DNA from: Eledone cirrhosa
Lineage: Eukaryota
Length of the DNA: 64,000 bases
Direction: 5' to 3'
NCBI GenBank assembly: GCA_964016885.1
Contig: OZ024750.1
Coordinates: 5,270,001 to 5,334,000 of the forward strand
In this document: positions 1-12,670 of the stretch, piece by piece
Layout of the letters: each line of letters opens with the position of its first letter
Numbering within the stretch: position 1 is the stretch's first letter
Notes under the pieces: generated by a model
What the model saw: the letters and a program-made list of their open reading frames with translations, nothing else
The model's database searches: none
Told to the model about the DNA's origin: nothing
Made by a program: the position numbers and the translations under genes

Positions 1-174
1 ACCTTTTGTTGTTAACAGGGGTAACAGAATCCATATGCAATATGCAGATCAGATAGGTTTCCAAAGTTTCCACCTTCCCAGTTTTACTCACATAGGATGG
101 GTTGACCCAAGTTTAAGGTAAATGGCAGTCACACAATAGGATTGAACATGTTACATCCACAACCAACCACATTA

Positions 175-1457
175 CACAGTGGTGTATACATATATTACAC
201 AGTGATATATACTTACATTTCACAGTGGTATATACATATATTTCACAGTGATATATACATATATTTCACAGTGGTATATACTTATATTTCACAGTGATAT
301 ATACATATATTTCACAGTGATATATACTTATATTTCACAGTGGTATATACTTATATTTCACAGTGATATATACTTACATTTCACAGTGATATATACTTAT
401 ATTTCACAGTGATATATACTTATATTTCACAGTGGTATATACATATATTTCACAGTGATATATACTTATATTTCACAGTGGTATATACATATATTTCACA
501 GTGATATATACTTACATTTCACAGTGGTATATACATATATTTCACAGTGATATATACATATATTTCACAGTGGTATATACTTATATTTCACAGTGATATA
601 TACATATATTTCACAGTGATATATACTTATATTTCACAGTGGTATATACTTATATTTCACAGTGATATATACTTACATTTCACAGTGATATATACTTATA
701 TTTCACAGTGATATATACTTATATTTCACAGTGGTATATACATATATTTCACAGTGATATATACTTATATTTCACAGTGGTATATACATATATTTCACAG
801 TGATATATACTTATATTTCACAGTGGTATATACATATATTTCACAGTGATATATACTTATATTTCACAGTGATATATACATATATTTCACAGTGGTATAT
901 ACATATAGTTCACAGTGATATATACTTATATTTCACAGTGATATATACTTATATTTCACAGTGATATATATATACTTATATTTCACAGTGGTATATACAT
1001 ATATTTCACAGTGATATATACATATATTTCACAGTGATATATATATACTTATATTTCACAGTGGTATATACATATATTTCACAGTGATATATACATATAT
1101 TTCACAGTGATATATACTTATATTTCACAGTGATATATACTTACATTTCACAGTGATATATACTTATATTTCACAGTGGTATATACATATATTTCACAGT
1201 GATATATACTTATATTTCACAGTGATATATACATATATTTCACAGTGATATATATATACTTATATTTCACAGTGGTATATACATATATTTCACAGTGGTA
1301 TATACATATATTTCACAGTGATATATACTTATATTTCACAGTGATATATACATATATTTCACAGTGATATATACATATATTACACAGTAATATATACATA
1401 TATTTCACAGTGATATATACATATATTTCACAGTGATATATACATATATTTCACAGT
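175..1457. repeat. 23-bp minisatellite (CACAGTGATATATACTTATATTT)n, about 55 copies, intronic
   Basis: CACAGT recurs at 23-bp spacing (175, 198, ...) with variants GGT/GAT and CAT/CTT. Confidence 0.95.
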
Positions 1458-1547
1458 TGTTACTGTCAAAAACCTTTGTGCAAATAACAGTATTTTTTTT
1501 TTTTTTTCATATAATAGAATGTCTTATAACTTGATTTTGAATTTTAG

Positions 1548-1675
1548 GTGAATTTGCAGCAGCTATCAAAGAAACTTCCATTCATTTTGGATTATACCAT
1601 TCCTTATTAGAATGGTTTCACCCACTCTACCTGCAGGATAAAGCTGCCAACTTTACAACACATAAATTTGCCCAG
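1548..1675 (+). CDS. FUCA: Alpha-L-fucosidase (GH29), internal exon; earlier exons lie upstream of the window
   Basis: ttttag| ... |gtact; translates (G)[42 protein letters not shown]; [13 protein letters not shown] is the FUCA1/FUCA2 motif. Confidence 0.93.
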
Positions 1676-2532
1676 GTACTTAAGGATAGATACTTTATTA
1701 ACTCCTTTATTTAACTCTTAACATCTTATAACAATTTAGCAGTCATGTTTGTTAAGTCAAATATTTATAGCATCTTTACAACTGGACAGATTGTTGTGAC
1801 AATTTGCAGTATTATAGTAAACTTTTTAATATTTAACCCTTTAATGACTGCATTTCTAATAAAATACACTCTATTTTAATTAATTAATGAAGAATTTCAA
1901 GGTATTTACTTAGATTATTAATTATTTCTCTCTCTCTCACTAAAGGTACAATTCAACTATTGACTCAACAAAGCTATACTACACTACAGAGCATATCATC
2001 ATCCTCATTTTACATCTGTTTCTGTATAGTTCAGCCAACCCTATGTAATATACAGATGTAAACAACTTGTCTTTATATACAATAGATAGTCAGACTATAT
2101 ACAATATATCATCATCATCATCACCATCATTATATCCGTTTTTCCACGCTTGCGTGGGTTGGGTGGGTTTTTCTCAGCTTAGCATCTCTCCACTCGTTGA
2201 GTTCCTTCATCATCCTCTCTGAGTTTCAGTGATTTGAGAACAGCTCTCACAAGTTTCAATCCTGTATTGGCATTTTATCACCAGCTGAGTGTGCCCCACC
2301 TTTAAAAAAAGTATCAGTTGATACTTGTGGAAATGTTTAGCTATTCCATCACCTTAGATTTGTTGTCATCTTGACTTGCCTCAAAAATAGTTTAGAGGGA
2401 AACACTAGCATTTTCTCTTCTAATTTAGTATAATCTAATGATTGAGATAAACTAACGTACTGTAAAAATACATAAATCTCTTTCTATTGTAATTTGAATT
2501 GATATACAGAAGCTATTAATTTTATTTGACAG

Positions 2533-2666
2533 ACAAAAGCAATGCCAGAATTGCATGAAATTGTGAATCAATACCATCCAGAAGTGATCTGGTCTGATGG
2601 TGATTGGGAATGTGATGACACTTACTGGAATGCTACACAATTCTTAGCTTGGTTGTATAATGAAAG
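2533..2666 (+). CDS. FUCA: Alpha-L-fucosidase exon containing the nucleophile motif WSDG
   Basis: gacag| ... |gttggt; [44 protein letters not shown]; phase 0 to 2. Confidence 0.95.
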
Positions 2667-2762
2667 GTTGGTTTCATTTTCTTCTGAACTAGTTTAACAG
2701 GACACGACTAAATCAAGAACCAGTTTAACAGTTAACCATGACATTAATGACTTGAAGATTTC

Positions 2763-3171
2763 TTAACCCTTTAACATTTACATTATTCTATGTATAGGGC
2801 GGTGGATTGGCAGTAGCGGTAGAGGGTCTAACGTCATGCTTTGCAGCAAAGAGTTACGACCCTTTATGGTCTGAGTTCAAATCCCGTTGAGGTTAACTTT
2901 GCCTTTCATCCTTACGAAGTCAATAAAATAAAGCACCAGTAATACACTGGGATAATTGCTGGCCTTGTGCCAAAAGTAAAAACAATTATTCTATATATAC
3001 CATTATATTTTCATGGTAAAGGCTTTATCTCACATAATATCGAATCAATTAGATTTTGATATTATTTATTTTGAGAACAATACCTTAACATCGGTATGAG
3101 AGGCCGGTTTGAACAGGAAGAGGTGAGAGAATTCTGGCCAGATACAGTTGGTTTAAATGCTAAAAGGTTAA
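2763..3171. mobile_element. TTAA-flanked non-autonomous DNA element (piggyBac-like MITE) with a SINE inserted at 2797-2985
   Basis: Ends TTAACCCTTTAACATTTA ... TAAATGCTAAAAGGTTAA are inverted. Related copies at about 22895-23096 and 58777-58976. The inserted SINE is flanked by TTATTCTAT(G/A)TATA direct repeats. Confidence 0.6.
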
Positions 3172-3373
3172 GTATTTTAATAAGGGTCCCAACCTTATGA
3201 ATGTGAATTGATGCCTCTGGCTCTAGAATATATATGATGATATATAATGATGTTGATAATCATCAACATCATTTTACGTCTGTTTACATTTTCATATGGA
3301 GGTGTATTAGTTGTAATTATATTTGCATAAAATTTACCTTAGTTAAATAAGAATATTCATCTTTGTTTTTCAG

Positions 3374-3471
3374 TCCTGTAAAAGATACTGTGTGTGTGAA
3401 TGACCGATGGGGTAAAAATATTCGATGCAAACATGGTGGATTTCTCAACTGTAATGACAGGTACAATCCAG
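3374..3471 (+). CDS. FUCA: Alpha-L-fucosidase exon
   Basis: tttcag| ... |gtaaga; (S)[32 protein letters not shown]; NDRWG motif; phase 2 to 1. Confidence 0.95.
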
Positions 3472-4257
3472 GTAAGACAGTATTTATGGAATAGTAGTAG
3501 TCCTAATCCACATAATCATCAATTTACATCTGCTTTCCATGCTGGAATAACATATGTAGGTTGTCATGGTCCAGGACTAAACAAGTCACAGAAACCTCTT
3601 GCTCATATGTTCCACATTTGGCATGGTTTCTATGGCAGAATGCCCTTGCTAACACCAACCACCTTACAGAGAATACTGGGTATATTTTTTCGAGACACTT
3701 TTATAGAGTGTATTGGGTGCATTTTATTGTGACACCAATGCTAGAGAGATTATCAGGTACTTGACTACGCCATCTACTCTGTGTTGTTTCTATCTATTTA
3801 CTCACTACTTTACATTTCATTGTGTCATTGGGAGTTGTCCCATTCCCTGCTGGCTGAAGGGGACCATTCCATGTAGTCTTTGATCTTTTTCCACCTTTAG
3901 CATAAAAATGATTGTATTAGTGGGTGGGAATTTTATAGAATGCTGTAAGTAATCCAGCACCTTAACCACTGAAATATTTAAGTTTGTAGTTCATAATTCT
4001 TTGGAATACACTAGAAAGTTTTACCTTCCTGGAATGGGTCGGGCTTTTGTAGAATGCCGATCACTTTACATAGTGTATTGGGTGCATTTTATTGTGACAC
4101 TAGCACTACCACCACCTTGTGAGGATACACCTCTCCGAAGATGCATTCCTGATAACAGGTATGGAGGAGGACTTCTTATTACGAAGTCGGTGGATTCGAT
4201 CTTAACCCCAAAGTCCTCCCATGGGCAACTTTGGACACCATTATTTGAAAATAATTG

Positions 4258-4446
4258 GGCGGTGGATTGGCAGTATCGGTAGAGGGTCGGACGCCATGCT
4301 TTCCAGCATAGTTACGTCCCTTTACGATCTGAGTTCAAATCCCGCCGAGGTTGACTTTGCCTTTCATCCTTACGGGGTCGATAAAATAAAGTACCAGTAA
4401 TACACTGGGTAATTGCTGGCCTTGTGCCTAAAGTAGAAACAATTAT
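4258..4446 (+). mobile_element. tRNA-derived SINE, family A (about 190 bp), representative full-length copy
   Basis: A-box-like TGGCAGTATCGG, B-box GAGTTCAAATCC, 3' end TTGCTGGCCTTGTGCCTAAAGTAGAAACAATTA. More than 20 copies or fragments in the window, e.g. + at 2797, 30457-31003, 38615, 43636, 61194, 61357; - at 7925, 12230, 16380, 21690, 26030, 31115, 33742, 38743, 43764, 52435, 52652, 52950. Confidence 0.9.
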
Positions 4447-4924
4447 TTGAAAATAATTAAGAATTCAGAGAAGTTAATTAATATAATTAATTTTCTCATT
4501 ATTAATCTTGTAATTGGAAATTAGCTTAACAAAAGTTCTTTCATAAAATTATGATAGAAGGTTTTTTTTAGATAAATATAAATAGAGCTGGTGCATCTAT
4601 TACACACTGTAAAGTTGATAGCATTAGGGAGAGCCTCTACTTGTAGAAACCCTGCAAAAATATAGTCCATATGAGCAAGATGTCGTTCTCTGACCCATCT
4701 AGTTATGGACCCTAATCATCTGTCCAACCAACCTATGCTAGTATGGAAGGTGGATGTAAAATGATGATGATGATAAATCTTTAAAATATAGTATTGTATC
4801 ATAGAACCAAGGGCAGTTAGAGGTAGGTTGTTATCAAAGGTTTTGTCTGATTTAGATTTAAACAAGGAAAATAACTGGTTTTATATTTTATAAGATCCTC
4901 ATTGATATTCTGCATTTTTTGTAG

Positions 4925-5057
4925 GTGTTCTTCAAAAGAAGAAGTGGGAAAATGCTATGACCATTGACAGATATTCTTGGGGTTATAGACGCAACATGGC
5001 GCTCCAAGATTTACTCAGCGTTGATCAACTCATTGAGGAACTTGCACAAACAGTCAG
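4925..5057 (+). CDS. FUCA: Alpha-L-fucosidase exon (KWE motif)
   Basis: ttgtag| ... |gttggt; (G)[43 protein letters not shown](S); phase 1 to 2. Confidence 0.95.
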
Positions 5058-5271
5058 GTTGGTAAAATTTGTGGAATTGGTTGAAGTTGGTGTGAGATTC
5101 TACATAAAATAAATATATTAGTCTCTACATGAAATATATATTTATACACACACACACACACACATATATATATCATCATCATCATCAGGTTTAGCGTCCG
5201 TGTTCCACGCTTGCATGGGTTTGGACGGGGGTTTTCCCACTTGAGGCAAGAGTGGTTGTCTTGCTCGCATA

Positions 5272-6396
5272 GGACTGTCTGGCGGGTTTTCTACAGCTGG
5301 ATGCCCTTCCTAACACCAACCACATTTACAGTGTGGGGCTGGGAGGTTTTTACCGTGTTGCCTACACGGCCACATTTACAGCGTGGACTGTCTGGCGGGT
5401 TTTCTACAGCTGGATGCCCTTCCTAACACCAACCACATTTACAGTGTGGGGCTGGGAGGTTTTTACCGTGTTGCCTACACGGCCACATTACAGCGTGGAC
5501 TGTCTGGCTGGTTTTCTACAGCTGGATGCCCTTCCTAACACCAACCACATTTACAGTGTGGGGCTGGGAGGTTTTTACCGTGTTGCCTACACGGCCACAT
5601 TACAGCGTGGACTGTCTGGCGGGTTTTCTACAGCTGGATGCCCTTCCTAACACCAACCACATTTACAGTGTGGGGCTGGGAGGTTTTTACCGTGTTGCCT
5701 ACACGGCCACATTTACAGCGTGGACTGTCTGGCGGGTTTTCTACAGCTGGATGCCCTTCCTAACACCAACCACATTTACAGTGTGGGGCTGGGAGGTTTT
5801 TACCGTGTTGCCTACACGGCCACATTTACAGCGTGGACTGTCTGGCGGGTTTTCTACAGCTGGATGCCCTTCCTAACACCAACCACATTTACAGTGTGGG
5901 GCTGGGAGCTTTTTACTGTGTTGCCTACACGGCCACATTACAGCGTGGACTGTCTGGCGGGTTTTCTACAGTTGGATGCCCTTCCTAACACCAACCACAT
6001 TTACAGTGTGGGGCTGGGAGGTTTTTACCGTGTTGCCTACACGGCCACATTACAGCGTGGACTGTCTGGCGGGTTTTCTACAGTTGGATGCCCTTCCTAA
6101 CACCAACCACATTTACAGTGTGGGGCTGGGAGGTTTTTACCGTGTTGCCTACACGGCCACATTACAGCGTGGACTGTCTGGCGGGTTTTCTACAGTTGGA
6201 TGCCCTTCCTAACACCAACCACATTTACAGTGTGGGGCTGGGAGGTTTTTACCGTGTTGCCTACACGGCCACATTTACAGCGTGGACTGTCTGGCGGGTT
6301 TTCTACAGCTGGATGCCCTTCCTAACACCAACCACATTTACAGTGTGGGTCTGGGAGGTTTTTACCGTGTTGCCTACACGGCCACATTTACAGCGT
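5272..6396. repeat. 112/113-bp tandem array, 10 units, expanded inside a (CAT)n-tailed dispersed repeat
   Basis: GGACTGTCTGGC unit starts at 5272, 5385, 5497, 5609, 5722, 5835, 5947, 6059, 6171, 6284. A single-unit version of the same element lies at about 49922-50170. Confidence 0.95.
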
Positions 6397-7156
6397 GGAC
6401 TGTGTGTTTTTTTGTCGTGACACCTACACGATCTCATTTGTTTCGGCCTGGATGGTGTGGGCCCAACATAACTTTACATTGAAAGGGGCGGTGTGGGTGG
6501 GGTGGAGGTGGTGGGACGGGGGTGTGTTTTGATAGAGATGCCTACTGACTGTAGTAGGTTTTTACTTTGTATTCATTAATTCAAAATATTTATAGTATCT
6601 TTACTAGAGAACAGATTTTTGTGAACATTTGCACCAAACACCAGCACAAACACATACAAGAAGGGTCCCTAAAATCACCACTCACCTCCAAGCAAACCAA
6701 ATTACCTGTAGTATATTTCCATTTAGTGTGGCAACTTTTCCTCTGCTCCAGTCTTCCAGCTGTAGAGGTCCACCAACAACACCATCACCAGATGGCAGCA
6801 GTGGTAGTGGTGGGCCAGGGTTGGTATTGCCCTCATCTGCTCTCCGTTGAGGTTCTGGCAACAAAGATCTTTCTAGGTTTGAACCAGAAACGGTTGTATC
6901 CATTTCAAATGCCTTCTCAAACTCTCTGAAGATTTCTTCGCGATCCAGTGCACAGATGTTAGCAGAAATGGATGCATTCTGGTGTGCAGAGCCAACATGG
7001 TGCACAATGTTGTTGGGTTGTATAATCTGTGCAGTGGTGTCGTGGTGCACAATATTGTTGACTGCAGTGTTGTCGTGATGCACAGTGTGTGCAGTGTTAT
7101 TGTGCATAATGGTAGGGCACGCTGTGTTCTGTGCAGTGTCCTGATGTAGAGCAGTG

Positions 7157-7213
<57 letters not shown>

Positions 7214-7479
7214 AATAGGTTGGTATGTAGATAGATAGTTTTATTGTCCGAAGAGAGTAAGATAGCTATAGTTGACAGCTGCTTGACTAATAACCATTTT
7301 GTCAACACTGAGAGAGGGAGGGAGATATCAAATTACCATTTCCTAAAGAAATCTTGCGCAAATTGGTTTTCCGTTAACACTTGTGTTTTATTATATAGAT
7401 ATATTCTTTGAATAATCTTATACTAATAGTAAATAAATTTAAAGAGATGTTTTTTTTTATTTCATTTATTTCTTTGCAG

Positions 7480-7650
7480 TTGTGGTGGCAATTTGCTTGT
7501 AAATGTTGGACCAACTCACGATGGCCGTATTCCACCAATTTTTGAGGAGCGCCTCTTACAGTTTGGACAATGGTTAAAACTTAATGGAGAAGCAATTTAT
7601 GCTTCCAAACCCTGGAGTCATCAAAATGATACAATTACTCCAAAAGTCTG
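7480..7650 (+). CDS. FUCA: Alpha-L-fucosidase exon
   Basis: ttgcag| ... |gtacgt; [56 protein letters not shown](W); phase 2 to 2. Confidence 0.96.
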
Positions 7651-7734
7651 GTACGTTAAAACAGCTAGTTCTTTCATTGCATTAAAACATGTAGATCAGT
7701 GTTTCTCAAGATGAGCCATGGCAATATTTTATAA

Positions 7735-8235
7735 TAATAATAATGAAATTATTGTGTACAGTGCTCAGGTGCACTACAACTCATCAAAGGTGCATGTATA
7801 GTTCATAGAATAATGTACAAATGTCAGGAAAGTGAACAGTGTATGAGTCATGATATAATGAAATTATTGTGTACAGTGCTCAAGTGCACTACAACTCATC
7901 AAAGGTGCATGTATAGTACATAGAATAATTGTTTCTACTTTTGGCACAAGGCCAGCAACTATCTTAGTACATTACTGGTACTTTATTTTATCGACCCTGT
8001 AAGGATAAAAGGCAAAGTTAACCTCAGCGGGATTTGAACTCAGATCATAAAGGGGCGTAATTCTATTCTGCAAAGCATGGCGTCCGACCCTCTACTGATA
8101 CTGCCAATCCACCACTACATAGAATAATGTACAAATGTCAGGAAAGTGAACAGTGTATGAGTCATGATATACACAGAGACATGCATGTGTATGAAGGGGG
8201 AATATCAGGTTAGTGTTGGCGAATTTCGGGAAGCA
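7735..8235 (-). mobile_element. 3' end fragments of the CR1-type LINE family (duplicated), interrupted by a family-A SINE
   Basis: ATAATGAAATTATTGTGTACAGTGCTCAGGTGCACTACAACTC matches the LINE 3' end at about 54530-54572. The SINE at about 7925-8114 is flanked by TACATAGAATAAT repeats. Confidence 0.8.
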
Positions 8236-8350
8236 GATGGGGTGTGACAATATTTTGATGAGGTGTGACAATATTTTGATGGGGTGTGGCTCAGGAATTC
8301 AGAATAAGTCATATATACTATGCTATAAGCATTGCTATACTATGAGGCCT

Positions 8351-9762
8351 TAACTGATATAAATTGTAGATCTAACTGATATAGATTATAGCTGTAACTG
8401 ATATAGATTATAGCTGTAACTGATATAAATTGTAGCTGTAACTGATATAAATTGTAGCTGTAACTGATATAGATTATAGCTGTAACTGATATAAATTATA
8501 GCTGTAACTGATATAGATTATAGCTGTAACTGATATAAATTGTAGCTGTAACTGATATAAATTGTAGATGTAACTGATATAAATTATAGCTGTAACTTAT
8601 ATAAATTATAGCTGTAACTGGTATAGATTATAGCTGTAACTGATATAAATTATAGATGTAACTGGTATAAATTGTAGATGTAACTGATATAAATTATAGC
8701 TGTAACTCATAAATTATAGCTGTAACTGGTATGAATTATAGCTGTAACTGGTATAAATTATAGATGTAACTGATATAAATTGTAGATGTAACTGGTATAA
8801 ATTGTAGATGTAACTTATATAAATCATAGCTGTAACTGGTATAAATTATAGATGTAACTGGTATAAATTGTAGATGTAACTTATATAAATTATAGCTGTA
8901 ACTGGTATAGATTGTAACTGTAACTGATATAAATTATAGCTGTAACTGGTATAGATTGTAACTGTAACTGATATGAATTATAGCTGTAACTGGTATAGAT
9001 TGTAACTGTAACTGATATAAATTATAGCTGTAACTGGTATAAATTATAGATGTAACTGATATAAATTATAGCTGTAACTCATATAAATTATAGCTGTAAC
9101 TGGTATGAATTATAGTTGTAACTGGTATAGATTGTAACTGTAACTGATATGAATTATAGTTGTAACTGATATAGATTATAGCTGTAACTGATATAGATTA
9201 TAGCTGTAACTGGTATAAATTATAGATGTAACTGATATAAATTATAGCTGTAACTGATATAGATTATAGCTGTAACTGATATAGATTATAGTTGTAACTG
9301 ATATAGATTATAGCTGTAACTGATATAGATTATAGCTGTAACTGATATAGATTATAGCTGTAACTGATATAGATTATAGTTGTAACTGATATAGATTATA
9401 GCTGTAACTGATATAGATTATAGCTGTAACTGGTATAAATTATAGCTGTAACTGATATAAATTATAGCTGTAACTGGTATAGATTGTAACTGTAACTGAT
9501 ATAAATTATAGCTGTAACTGGTATAGATTGTAACTGTAACTGATATGAATTATAGCTGTAACTGGTATAGATTGTAACTGTAACTGATATAAATTATAGC
9601 TGTAACTGGTATAAATTATAGATGTAACTGATATAAATTATAGCTGTAACTGGTATAGATTGTAGATGTAACTGATATAAATTATAGCTGTAACTGGTAT
9701 AAATTATAGCTGTAACTGGTATAAATTATAGCTGTAACTGGTATAGATTATAGCTGTAACTG
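8351..9762. repeat. 22-bp minisatellite (TAACTGATATAAATTATAGCTG)n, about 64 copies, intronic
   Basis: TAACTG recurs every 22 bp. Confidence 0.95.
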
Positions 9763-9920
9763 GAAGGTCCACCCTTGTCACATGGTTACGTATTAAGTCT
9801 GCTAAAGGATTTCATTAACCCTTTATTACCATATTTCTGATTAAATACACTGTTTCTTATTTCTTTCTACTCTAAATGTTTTCTTAACATCAGTTAAAAT
9901 CCTTTACCTGTCTTCTGTAG

Positions 9921-10173
9921 GTACACAACAAACAAAGTGAAGAATGGCACAGCTGTTTATGCTATAGTCCTTGAGAAACCAAAGCAACGTTTTATCCAGC
10001 TTGGGGCAATTCAGCATTCACCATCTATTAGTGTCTCTTTATTGGGTTATAAGGGAATCATCCAAATTAAAGAGATGCAATCAGGGATCATGTTATTGTT
10101 GCCAAGTATTGAGGTGAATCAGATGCCAAGTAAACGAGCTTGGGTATTTAGATTTATGGGAATTACATTCTAA
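9921..10173 (+). CDS. FUCA: Alpha-L-fucosidase terminal coding exon (C-terminal beta domain)
   Basis: ctgtag|; YTTNKVKNGTAVYAIVLEKP...KRAWVFRFMGITF, TAA at 10171-10173. Candidate poly(A) signal AATAAA at 11754. Confidence 0.92.
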
Positions 10174-10230
10174 CCAATATTCTTTAATTTAACTCTCTAT
10201 ACACGCGCACACACACACATACATACACAA

Positions 10231-10263
<33 letters not shown>

Positions 10264-10857
10264 AGGTTTGATAGTTTGCTTGTAGTGTTGTGGAGTCTGA
10301 AACTGAAAAGTCTGTGTGTATAGAAAACTGTGTCAATGCCAAGGTAATTTATAAACGGCCACTAAGAAGAAAAATCTTGTTTTATTTTTTTCTCAGAAGC
10401 TCTCCCTATGGCTCCACCCCTCTCCTTGATAATGGATTGTTAATCTGAAAGATTTGGGGAATAATAAATTGCTATGGTAATTTTCAATCATTATGTCTAA
10501 GATAGACGTTAAACGATGGTGATGATGATGGGCATGTGCTTAGAATGTCTCAGGTGAGAATCACTGGATAGATTTTATGGGCAAAACCAACTGGCAGGAG
10601 ATCCAAGGGAAGACCCCTGAGCAAGATGGTTGGATAACATCCATGAGCTCGGTTGGTCTTGCTTGGGGATCCAGCCAGATCAGTTGGAAATGGTTGTTTC
10701 ATTTTATATCTGTTTTCTATGCTGGTGTGAATTGGATGGGTTGTGACAGTCCAAGACAGGATGGGTCAGAAAATCACATTTTGTTCAGACTCCATTTCTG
10801 GCATGGTTTATAATGCTGCAGAGTGACTGGCATTACGTATGTGTATGTATATATATT

Positions 10858-10910
<53 letters not shown>

Positions 10911-12069
10911 TGCCTTGTATGATTTATACAGAAAACTTTTTTGGTAAAATTATTTTTGTAACAACTACTTAATTGATTAAATATCACAATATTGTTGACA
11001 TTGATTTTCTTGATGTATATGAGATGGACATTTTTATGTTTTTCCTTTCACAGAGCCTGTCTGAAGGGCCTTCACAGAGCCTGTGCCTGCAGGACTTTCA
11101 CAGTCTTTCAGACTGGTTGACTTAGATTAATTTTTTTTTTACTATTAATTATCTTATTTCCCTACAAGTTAGAGTGGAATAGATTTTGCAAATTTGTACA
11201 CTTGTTAGTGTTTTCTTACTACTAAATTACTTAATTTTAGGTGGTAGACTTAATCCATCATGTAGTTTAACACCACCATCTGACTCTTAGGTGCAAGCAT
11301 TTCTGACAGGTTTCTGGTTTGATGATATCTTTCTCGCTCCTTCACAGAAGAGTCATGGGGACTGCCCTTCTCTTCTTGGGTAAACAGTAAAAAAAGGGAG
11401 GTGAAATGTGAAGTAGTAATGTATGGTCAACAAGACAGTGAATCATGGAGAGAGTTGTATGTGTTTTATACAGGGTCAAATGGACATTAAATGTTGATAA
11501 AATTCCTGAGATTCAAATTAACTGCTTGAAAACACTTTTTATTTTATCAAATGACCTACAATTTCTGTTGCAGCATTTTTCTAACACATTCCATATTTTG
11601 TAGAAAGTACATGTTGGAAGTCTCTTTTGTAAGCAACTACATGAAACCATTTTCTTGTATATTAAGATGTCTGTTGTATTAGGAAGAAAACATTTTTTTC
11701 ATTATTTTTATAAAAGTATTTTGAGAAATATATTTGAGAATTTTTTCACTATGAATAAAATTAATCTTTAAAACCTGTAAAATTATGATTATTCATTTGT
11801 CTTGAAGGATGTTATTTGCTTGTAAATGGATGGTGCATTCTGAGTTGATATTGATAGGTAGGTGTAATAGAGGAATATTCAAGAATTAAGGTCAAACCTA
11901 GGAATATTTAATTGTGTATACAGGACGAAAACTAATTATGTTAGTGCTGCACACAGTAGTGGGGTGCAAGAAGCCATCAACCATCATCAAGTGGCTGCAC
12001 ATCCAGTTCCCCTCTTGGGTACAGAAAGTAGTCACCAATAGACTAACTCATCATCACTGTCAAGTAACA

Positions 12070-12670
12070 TATCTTGGAACTGCCACTCTTAACATAGGCA
12101 CTCTGTAAAACAAATTCGGGGAAATTGTGAAGACGAGTGGATGTATGTTGTACCCAAGGAGATTTAAGGTGACCTCAGCTAGACACCTCACTAGCAAACA
12201 GCATAGATATAAGTTCTTCTGGTTAGGAAATAATTGTTTCTACTTTTGGCACAAGGCCAACAATTATCTCAGTGCATTACTGGTACTTTATTTTATCGAC
12301 CCCCGTAAGGATGAAAGGCAAAGTTAACCTTGGCGGGATTTGAACTCAGAATGGCAAGGGCCGTAACTATATGCGTCAAAGCATGGCGTCGGACAGGTGG
12401 AGTAGGGATTTTACTTGTTTAGAAGTGGATAAATAAAATAATTAAGGTAGTTAGAGTAAATGATAGAAAAATCAAGCTCTGAAGAGTCATAAGCAAATGA
12501 ATGACAATTGTTATCTCTAATTATGCACCACAATCAGGACTAAGTAAAGAACAAAAGAACCATTTCTTTGAGGAACATGCTGACTATTGATATAGCTTCA
12601 GAAATAAAGAAGGGGCAAGGCTCCTGGAATTTAGTGATATGAATAACCTAACTATTTATAATACAACAAT
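12070..12670 (+). mobile_element. Decayed RTE-type LINE endonuclease remnant, split by a SINE
   Basis: Broken frames read TLNIGTL, RYKFFWLG, GGVGILL, VVRVNDR, ISNYAPQSGL, typical of the RTE APE domain; multiple stops. Confidence 0.6.

Noticed and set aside
4258-4350. tRNA genes suggested by A and B boxes
   Set aside because: These are SINE heads continuing into a shared SINE body; no complete cloverleaf.
5211-6482. Overlapping ORFs in the ORF track
   Set aside because: They are translations of the 112/113-bp tandem repeat in shifting frames.
12470-12525. CTGAAGA-GTCAT...ATGAC as a hammerhead
   Set aside because: GAAA is absent and the segment lies inside an RTE endonuclease coding remnant.
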